Shown piece after piece: positions 23,596-32,284 of a stretch of DNA of 48,384 nt (the first letter of the stretch is position 1; every line of letters begins with the position of its first letter). This DNA comes from Diploschistes diacapsis (taxonomy: Eukaryota): assembly GCA_023645945.1 (NCBI GenBank), contig JALAIB010000018.1:1-48384 (forward strand). Reading direction: 5' to 3'. The position numbers and the translations under genes were made by a program. The notes under the pieces are model-generated. The model ran no database searches, was not told the origin of the DNA, and saw only the letters and a program-made list of their open reading frames with translations.

Positions 23596-26500
23596 ATGGC
23601 TCTGTATGGCTGGGATATGGTTACTGTTGGAGCTTGCGAAGGCTTCCTAACCCCGCTCATTCAGCAACCTTGTTACAATGGCTTCCTACCAAACGGTGTT
23701 AACACTTCTGAGCAACACGCTCATGATGTACCAATATCCTCAATTCAACACCTTAACTATGTGGATGAGACATACCTTGGCAGCTCCGTGGGAAGTGAGA
23801 GTAGTTCCAATGATCAACAGCACGATGAGACTGTGGACAACGGCTCGCCCTTAAGATGTCTCTGCTGTTATGAAGGGTGCAACAAGTCTTTCTCAAGGCC
23901 TAGTGAACTCAGACGTCACAAGAAGATCATTCACAGTGCTTCAACCGACGTTGTCTGGCATTGCGGTTGTTGTCTCAATTCGAATCGAAAGTTCACTGCT
24001 GGGCGAAAAGATGGCGTTGTGCAGCACCTCAAGAAATCACATGGCTTGTGTAAATTGACCAAAGATTTACTGCTTTGCTCTTCCTGCTTTAGCAGGGAGA
24101 AATCGACCCTCCAAATTTCTCCTAAGAAAGATAGGGCAAAGTTGTTGTTCGGTTATCCCTCTTGTCTTAGGAAGCATCAGGAACTGGAGCATTGCTCATC
24201 AGTAGTTTACAAGTCTCCAGGTACAAGAGACGAGCCTTCATTCCAAAGATTACTTCATGGCTGATCCTCTAAATAGAATTATCCAGGCGTCACAGTCAGC
24301 CCGCTTTGTCTGCTTCTGCTCAAGATTACCACGACTGCACACCATCACAGAGAACCTCGCAGAAACAAGCTAACCGCAAGGAAAGGAAGCATTCAGTATC
24401 CTACAACGGATTGGGGTTCAGGGCCAGGACGCTGTCAAGTTGTGCTTGTCAAGACAGCACAAGGTCATCGCCAAGAATGTATCTATCTGACAAGGACGGA
24501 CCCTGGTCCCCTTGCACTTCGGCATTACAGATGACAAGCTCAGCGGAAGCCTCTACATTCAGCGATACCTCTCTTGCCAGCACCGTCTCTTTGGTGAATG
24601 ATACATCTCCTGCCAGCAGTGTCTCTCTATTAAGTGATATCTCTCCAATCAGCGATAACGTTGGTAACGGGTGGTTCGAGGTGGGATCGCAGTTCTACCA
24701 ACCGCCTCTACTGATGTGCGGATCGGACAACGTATCCGAGTTTCAAAACGAGAATCGCCAGAAAGGCTTCTTCTACAATGGCCTTCTGACCGGCAGCCTT
24801 GCGGCTGATTTATTGAACAACTCCCCTGCAGTGACTGGTATAATGGCTCAAACAATTGGGAATTTTTCACCAACATATTTCTGGCTTCTTCTCAAAGGTA
24901 AAACAGTGTATCCAAGCTGTCAACATAGAGCTAATTCCGTAGCAGACATCCTTTGGGCCGAAACAATCTTAGACTTGCCGGCCCAACTGCGCAAAGGGCC
25001 AGAGCATGCTTCTATAAAATATTTCCCGCGGATTAGGCTGCTTGTACTACAAGGGCTCGAGTCCAGCGTCGAAAAAGCCTATGACATGTTCAAAAACCCG
25101 GAAGCCCTGGTCTTCATCCGTGCGAGGGAAGCCTTCAAAAGAATGAGCGCACTGAAGATCAATAAAGTGCTGCATCGGGCTCCGGCCGCTTGTGCAACAG
25201 CACGCTCTGATAATAACGCTCCTGTAGAGCCACCGGTTACACTGATTTTTTCCTTGGACTCCGAAATAGATGCCACTCTTATCCAGGCGTGGGAGACTAA
25301 CGTGGTACCAGCCCTTCCTGAACTTTTGCAGCCGACAGTGGGAGATGACTATTCGGTGGCTCTGCTACGGGAAGGCCCAAGCAGGAAGGACTCTAACCCC
25401 TTTGTCCGCATCCAAAGCCCAAACAAGCCATGTTCACGCAATCAGCAATGCATTCAGAAAGATATCTGGACGCTGCTTACAAATTATCAAGGAGCCCTTC
25501 CAGTTGTAAAGTTTTACAAAGGCAAGACGCTTGACCTCGTAGATGAGGTACGGAATCTTTACGAAGATGAAGATGAAGACCTGGAGCATTTCCCACATCA
25601 CAAATCCTATTGGGAGCGGCCTGGCATGGGCGGTAGTGTTGGTATACTTGGCGACCGAAGCCTTTCCGGCACCTTTGGAGGCTATGTCGTGATAGACCAG
25701 AAGCTGCACATCCTTGCAACATACCACATGGTTGAAGAGGCGCGAACCCATGTCATCCAGACAGATGGCTCACACGGTCCCGGCTCTGTCAGGCTTACTT
25801 CACCATCACTAGCTGATGTTGATGAGGTGAACAAATTCTTAAAGCACTCTTTACGCTCGGGCGATGCGTGGATTCGAGATATTCTTTCGACTGGTAACGA
25901 TTACGTGGTGCCAAGAGAAGCAGAGTCCCTTTTTAACTTAATAGCCGAGCGAGAATTTGGGGAAGATATTGAAGTTCAGTTAACCCTTTTGGAAGATGTG
26001 GTAAAGACAAGCGAGGAATATGTGATTGGAAATCTTGTTTACTGGAAGGTGTGGCCTTACCGACAATATTCTGGCTCCCCTTTCGCGCCGGCAGCTGCAG
26101 AATCGGATTTGAATTGTTTGAGAATGGATTGGTGTCTCTTCGAAATAACGAACAACAACCGGCTGGGGCAAAACAGACATCGCTATCGCCAACTTCCAGG
26201 AGGGAATGGGCTGGACTACACAGCAGCCGATACTACAACAGATACTATGGGTCTAGGGAATTTGTGCTCGCAGGCTTGCTACTTGCAACCTGGTAGTCCG
26301 GCACATTACGTTGGAAGGAAGAGCGGTCTGCGGAGGGGAAGGATCAATCCAACAAGAGAAGTCGTCAGCATTGGAGGCAGGGTTACCCGCGAATGGTGCT
26401 TCATCATCGAGGGTCGCAGGCTGAGTGGCGAAGACCTGACCGGCGATTCCGGAGCCTGGATTTTGAAAGATGGCAGTAATGAAGCAATGGCCATGATCCA

Positions 26501-26999
26501 TGCCTCCGGCAGCAACGGGCCGCTCGTTACTCCTTTATTGGACATCTTCCAAGATATTCGAGATGTAACTGGTGCCAGTGACGTCCATGTCCCCAGACCA
26601 CCACCCGGCCCACAGGCGTCCAACCTGTGTGAGTTCGCCAACAAAGAGAAACAAGCCAAACGGTACGATGTCAAAACCCTGCCGAAACCCAGCCGACTCC
26701 GCCTGCGCTTGATGCTGAAGCGCGGGGTCGAAGAAATTAACCTTCTCCATCCAAAGGACGAATCGCCTCGACTGCCCAACCTCACGAGCCCCACTTCCTC
26801 CTCGAATTCTGATTCAGGATATTCAGTCGCTACACCATCAGACGGGACAACCGAATACGCTACACCATTAGACGGGACAACCGAATACGCGAGTAATATC
26901 AGTCTACCTATTCGGACAAAGAACATCACCTCTGCACCGATCAGGACTTTGGAAGAGGTCCAGGCGCAGGAACCTGTCTACGCCATTGCTACTTCCTAG
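23596..26999 (+). CDS. C2H2 zinc-finger / chymotrypsin-fold serine protease (Ssy5/Nal1-like) fusion protein, ~1100 aa; exons 23596-24220, 24277-24897, 24943(or 24946)-26999
   Basis: Fingers: CCYEGCNKSFSRPSELRRHKKIIH, WHCGCC..RKDGVVQHLKKSH, and a looser third CSSC..CLRKHQELEH. Phase-1 intron 24221-24276 (GTACAA..GCTGAT..TAG) joins in frame to ORF 24306-26999. Protease motifs: GGSVG..GTFGGYV, ATYHMV (His), MDWCLFEI (Asp), GRKSGLRRGRI, GDSGAWIL (Ser), VTPLLDIFQDI. Confidence 0.85.
26828..26890 (+). repeat. 30-bp in-frame tandem duplication (ATPSDGTTEY / ATPLDGTTEY) in the protease C-terminal tail
   Basis: cgctacaccatcagacgggacaaccgaata / cgctacaccattagacgggacaaccgaata, one mismatch. Confidence 0.95.
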
Positions 27000-28359
27000 T
27001 GCTGTTTTTAACATCTGTAACAGGTATTGCAACACACAATCGTTATATTTCGAGCATCTCCGAGCTACTCTTTATCCTGCCCTTTTGTTTTGCTTTCGAC
27101 CTAACCGCTTGCACTGCAAGCTCTGGGTTCGCTGAGCGCCTGTGCTCCGCAACTCCCCCCAATCAAATGCTTACGCACTGTATCGCGATTAAGAACCCAA
27201 TCGTTAGATTTCCTTGCTTCTGTTCGGAATTGGCCGTTTCTTTAGTGTTTGTTGATGCCTGTCGAAGAAAGGGGGAATAATAAGTGGCTCGGTTCTACCG
27301 GTATTAGAATGACAAGGCCTTGCATCGAGCCTGATCTGTTCCGTTATAGGCGTTCCAGGCGTAGATAGAATGGAAGGTGTTTGTTTCTTGCCCAATAGCT
27401 GCAAGTGATGTTTGAAAACGTGATATGCCTAGGATTCTTCCTCCTTTGGTTTTAATGTCTACTGTTGTTTTCTACTTACAGTCCACGGAGGAGGCCTACC
27501 CCGATACTATCAAGCTTTCAAAGAGCATCTCGTTCGGTATGCCTGCTTGATCTCTGTTCCTTCCTTGCATGCTCCTCCTGTTACTGCAGCACGTTCTCCA
27601 TTCTTATTCCCTCGTTTCTGCCGGCCAGTCCTACTCCTTACTCTAAGACCCCAGTCATTTCTCTCGCGCTAATATATCCAGACATTCTCTTCCCTGCAAC
27701 CTCCCCCTCCGCCCCCCTCTTCCTTTATAACACAAACCCCTTCCACACAATCTTAGTCTCATCTATTTCCTCTCTTCTCGCATTTCAAACATCCCATTCA
27801 CGACCACAGAGCTCCCAGCTATATGATTACACATATAGCCAAAAAAAATTTGACCGCCGGCCATCATGTTTCCGTTCAACCAAAGTTTCACACCTCTTCC
27901 CATCCCTCAATTTTTACAGGGCGTTTCTCTAAGTGAACCATACCGGGATACTGGCGAGCATTATGGATCGAAGTGCTCCCGAAGCCTCCTTGACACGCCT
28001 GGAATTCATATAATAGAAGCCTTCGGGAGCATTCTGCTTACCGATACGGTACTCTCTAGCGTTACGCTTTAGTCTGTCTAGGAAGAGGCTGCTTACTTTG
28101 CACATGAAGCAGGTGCCCTAGCCTGGTGTCGTTACGTACTTATAGCCTTGGAGACTATCTCGAGTCCCCCCCGTAACCAAGGCATCATAGGATTGAGCGG
28201 GAGAGAGCTTGGCAGGCCGGCTTGATTTTTTATTATTATCCTGGAGGGCCTACGAGTTGACTCGCTGCTTTCAGCGTGAGCACCAAGTCTCTCGCCTTCT
28301 ATCGCAGGACCGAAGCAGCAGCATCAGTCCGCTACAGATTCCAGCCGTCTGCTTCCACC

Positions 28360-29985
28360 TCACGCAATCCAGAACCACATCCTTTGCAGAAAGTTCTTCG
28401 GCTCCACAACGGGCCACGTCGGTTCCAGCCGATCGATCTCCGCCTTTCCGCTCCACAGGTCCATGTCCTGCACCTTTACAAACTTCGTCCCGTGGACGAT
28501 CTTGTAGCCCAGAAACAGCGCCAGGAAAATCGGGATGTCGATATACGGCGGCAGGAACGTCCTCGCGCTGAATCTCCCGGGGAAGAAGCAGTCGAAGCCG
28601 TTGAACAGCGCGACCAGGCTGGAGAAGCCGAGTGCGAACCACGCCAGAAAAGGCTGCAGCGGGGACTTGAACGGCAGCTCGTCGCGGTCCATGCCGTTGT
28701 GCCGCAGCGCCCCGTGGAAGCGCAGGTACGTGACGGCGATGGTGCCCCAAACGACCAACGTGCTGACGGCGCTGACGTTGGCGAACCAGAAGAAGACCTG
28801 CACGGCCGTGCCGGCGCCGGCGTTGAGGAACACGAGGCAGCTCAGCAGCGCGGTCGCGGCAACGCAGGCGTACGGCACGCCGAAGCGCTCGAAGCGCAGG
28901 GCTGCGGGAGCCTTGCCGTCCGAGGCCGCAGCGTACAGGATGCGGGTGGAGGAGTAAAAGAAGGAGTTGCCGGCGGACCAGGCGGACGTGAGGACGACGG
29001 CGTTGAGCACGGACGGCAGGGCCGCGATGCCGGCGTTCTGGACCGCGACGACGAAGGGGCTGGCGGCCGCGCCGGGCGAGGAGGCGTCGATGGCGTCGAG
29101 CAGGCGCGGGTCGTTGGCCGAGACGCAGAGACCGACCAGCAGGATGGCGAGCACGTAGAAGATCAGGATGCGCCAGAAGACGCGGCGCACGGCTTTGGGG
29201 ACGTTGCGTCGTGGGTTCTCCGTCTCGCCTGCTGCTACGACGACCATTTCGCTGCCGCCGTACGAAAAGGTCGCTTGCACGAAGACCTTCCAGAAGGCTA
29301 GGAAGCGGCCCAGTGCTCCGTCCTCGAGGTACTCCAGCATCGGCCCGGGCACGTCCCAGTAGCGGAAGCCGGTCGCCTGTTGGTCCGGTCCCCCGCCGCA
29401 GGTGATGACCAGCATGAGGAGCAGCAGCCCGACGATGGCGGTCAGCTTGACGGCGCCGAACCCGAACTCGACCTCGCCGTAGATGCGCACGGGGAAGAGA
29501 TTGACAAGGACCATGGGCACGAACAGGATCGCGATCCACGCCACCGTCGGCACAGCATTGGGCCAGTAGCCGATCACCACGGCCGCGGCGCTGATCTCGA
29601 TCGGCACCCCTATAGCAAACTGATACCAGTAGTTCCAGCCCAGCGTGAAGCCGAGCGCCTCGTCGACGTAGCGCGCGGCGAAGACGGGCGTCGAGCCGGG
29701 CAGCGGCAGGTACGCGGCCATTTCGCCGAGCGAATTGATGACGCAGTACAGATTGAAGCCCGTGATCGCGTACGCGAGGAACGCGGAGAGCGGGCCCGCG
29801 AGCGATAGCACTTGCCCACTGCCGACGAAGAGGCCCGTGCCGATGGCGCCGGAGAGGGCAAGGAACTGCACGTGTCGGGCTTTGAGGGAGCGGTGTAGGG
29901 TACCGACATTTTTGCTGGGGGTGATGCCATCTTTGGCGTATGTTTCCGTGGCGGGGGCCTCGATGTCTTTGGCTTCAATTTCCAT
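28360..29985 (-). CDS. Amino-acid permease, APC superfamily YAT family (proline/dicarboxylic amino-acid permease-like), 541 aa, intronless
   Basis: LKARHVQFLALSGAIGTGLFVGSG, SLGEMA, GFTLGWNYW, YGEVEF, GFRYW, FSYGGSE, AGETENPRRNVPKAVRRVFWRILIFYV, SPFVVA, SAWSAGNSFFY, LPFKSPLQP; about 12 hydrophobic segments. Confidence 0.96.
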   Translation of the reverse strand: MEIEAKDIEAPATETYAKDGITPSKNVGTLHRSLKARHVQFLALSGAIGTGLFVGSGQVLSLAGPLSAFLAYAITGFNLYCVINSLGEMAAYLPLPGSTPVFAARYVDEALGFTLGWNYWYQFAIGVPIEISAAAVVIGYWPNAVPTVAWIAILFVPMVLVNLFPVRIYGEVEFGFGAVKLTAIVGLLLLMLVITCGGGPDQQATGFRYWDVPGPMLEYLEDGALGRFLAFWKVFVQATFSYGGSEMVVVAAGETENPRRNVPKAVRRVFWRILIFYVLAILLVGLCVSANDPRLLDAIDASSPGAAASPFVVAVQNAGIAALPSVLNAVVLTSAWSAGNSFFYSSTRILYAAASDGKAPAALRFERFGVPYACVAATALLSCLVFLNAGAGTAVQVFFWFANVSAVSTLVVWGTIAVTYLRFHGALRHNGMDRDELPFKSPLQPFLAWFALGFSSLVALFNGFDCFFPGRFSARTFLPPYIDIPIFLALFLGYKIVHGTKFVKVQDMDLWSGKAEIDRLEPTWPVVEPKNFLQRMWFWIA

Positions 29986-30294
29986 TCTTTCTAGGATGTG
30001 CTGCGTGAATAGACCTTGTAGCTGATCTCGGTGACCCCCAGGTTCATCCTAACAACCGAAGGGGCAGATGAACACGTCAAGTTTTTCTATGGAACATTCT
30101 CATAAAATTCTTTCCCACAGCGAAGCCTTTTGGTTCCTGCAGGCTTTGTCCGGACCAGTCTAACTGCGCCGATCGACATACAGAGCGGGGGTATTGATCT
30201 ACGAATCCCTCCCTTTCGTGATGAGTGTCTTCAGAGCCAAGAAACACTCCAAATCTTGTCCAAGGTATAGCATAAACCCTGGAGTTGACTGATG

Positions 30295-30619
30295 GATAAT
30301 AGGTAGGTAGGTAGGACAATGGTATTGGGGAGCATGGCTCGTACAACAGGCCATATGGTGTAATGTGTATTAATTGTTGGATGAAGTTTCGGGAAGACCT
30401 TCATGATTATGTACAAGTACCTGGGGCGTTCCCCAACACCACATGCATTATATGGATAAGTATTGGAAGCATGCTCGTACAATAGGCAGGAGGGGGTGTA
30501 ATGTGTCTTAATTATTTGGATAAAGGCTCGGGGAGACCTTCATGATTTTTATTAAAGTGCCTGGGGCGCTCCCCAACACCACATGCATTATGTGATAAGT
30601 CACATGATGCGTCACATGA
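30295..30619. promoter_or_regulatory. Putative permease regulatory region with GATA-core, CreA-type and E-box-like sites
   Basis: GATAA cores at 30295, 30455, 30519, 30594 (only the last fits strict HGATAR); SYGGRG sites CTGGGG at 30421 and 30561; TCACATGA at 30600 and 30612. All lie 300-640 bp upstream of the permease ATG. Confidence 0.45.
30323..30599. repeat. Diverged tandem duplication, two ~138-bp units (30323-30460, 30461-30599), upstream of the permease
   Basis: Both units run tattgg..agcatg..ctcgtacaa..ggtgtaatgtgt..ttaatt..ttggat..agaccttcatgatt..cctggggcg(t/c)tccccaacaccacatgcattat..gataag. Confidence 0.92.
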
Positions 30620-30683
30620 TTAGATTCTCTTGTTTCAACGTATCATTCCAACAGCATATCAGAAGCATGATTCTAGCTATGGC

Positions 30684-31765
30684 CTAATTCAAAGAACGAT
30701 GCCAAGGGCGATCGGGTTCATCCGTTGGCAGAAAAACTCTGCTACCAGTCAACATTTCTATATCTTGAAATATCCGTCGGGTTGGCGTGATGACAGAAAC
30801 GTCCGTTTGATCGCCGTCACGCCTCCTGCCTGTCGAGATTTGCTGGCTCACTATTGCGCCCGCTTTGTTGAAGACCCAGGCTCCTGAGTCCCCAGCCCGA
30901 CCGAATGTTTTATCCACGAATCTTGTATCCGACGTGGTTCCGACAACTGCTATCTCGATAGACACCGAGTCCATCGACGGGCCAGCCATTCGCTTCATAG
31001 TCCATTCTATGAACTTTACCGGTGGAGACTCCCGAACTTCTTCCACGCAAGACAACCCATTCATCCACGTCCAGACTATCAGTCGCATAGGTCGCAGTCC
31101 CCGGAGTTAAGACATCCGCATAATCATCGGGTCGGTTCATGAATGGGAGGTCCTGCAATTCCAGCGTATAATTCTTTCTGAAGTTCTTATCCGCCACCTC
31201 AACGACCGACCCGTCCATCATATGCCCGAACCTACTTATGCGGTAGCCTGATGAGGCGATTGTTTGCCCGATGGGCCCTTGCTTAGAGTCTGGCATTTTG
31301 AGCTCAGACTTCATCTGTTCTTTCTCCCGCTGGCTATCCTTTAAAATTCTTGCGTCGAAGGTATCGGAAAGCCGTCATTTTCTTCTTGTTTAGCCTTGGG
31401 CGCAGTAACTGCCGTTAGTAATCGGTTCAATTCCTTAGTCAGAAAAGTTTTAGTTGTGTCCCAGTCCTCGTGTGAAGGGGAAGTCATGAGCGTGCTTTCT
31501 TTCATTAGCAGACTTTTGCGGTTGTAAAGATAACGCGTTATTGAAATCTGGCGTCCCCTCTTGCTTCGTGCCGTGTGACGTGATGACGAGCTATAAATGC
31601 TGGCCGAATTGGCTCGGTCAGGTTCTCCTGCAAACCTATGAAGCCGCCCATAGTACCTGTGCCTCTCGCGCTACCGTAGATACTAATACTCTCCGGCATC
31701 TCTTTCAGCTCGTATGGGAAGGTTCGGTGGTGAAGAATACTGTAAATCTCCATAATTGAACTCAA
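30684..31765 (-). pseudogene. Frameshifted pseudogene of a chymotrypsin-fold (Ssy5/Nal1-like) serine protease
   Basis: Motifs in correct order over several frames: GTGTMGGFIGL, FIARHHV (His), MTSPSHED, IGQTIASSGYR, MMDGSVVEV (Asp position), VLRGRSSGVSTGKV, FGRAGDSGAWVF (Ser), ITPTRRIFQDIEMLTG. Confidence 0.8.
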
Positions 31766-32284
31766 CTTTCAGCCTCTGGGGCAGATCATAGCACGCTCAA
31801 TGCCGATGTCGATTACAGGAAGGGACAGCCAGAAAGTGGACAAGGCCAAACATACTGTGGGCGAGCAGAGATAAGTAGATTAGAAAAGGTAGAAACAACA
31901 GCGAGGGTGAAGTAGAGTCGAAGGAGATGGATGTTATCTGGACTTATGAAGAAAAAAGGAGGAACCAAACGCATTCAGTGAATATAAATGGCAATTGAGA
32001 CTGGACTGTGCTTGGGTGAAGCCAAGAAATGAAAATTCAATTCACCACGCAAACCATCTGAATTGGCTCATACCACCCACAGGATTGTAAGCAATCACTA
32101 TTTCAAAAGGGGCAGCCAAATGCCAAGCTTCGTGATCAAAGCTTCTGCCGCGCCGCTTCGCTACAGGAAGCATGCAAGAGGGTACTATATGCGAATATCG
32201 GTGAAAACGCTGCCATTCTCGTTTTGTCACCCACATCCCCCACCACCCAACCAATCTTTGCTCCTCATCCTCGTTTCCCACCTT

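Noticed and set aside
23560..24264. Stand-alone 234-aa C2H2 protein as given by the ORF track
   Set aside because: Its stop lies within a well-formed intron that splices in frame to the protease ORF, so the fused model is preferred; a short retained-intron isoform remains possible.
28271..29539. 422-aa and 341-aa ORFs overlapping the permease
   Set aside because: Shadow ORFs from GC-biased codon usage.
30323..30599. CRISPR or LTR interpretation of the repeat with internal palindrome
   Set aside because: Only two directly abutting units, with similarity along the whole unit, no unique spacers, and no TG..CA ends or internal element.
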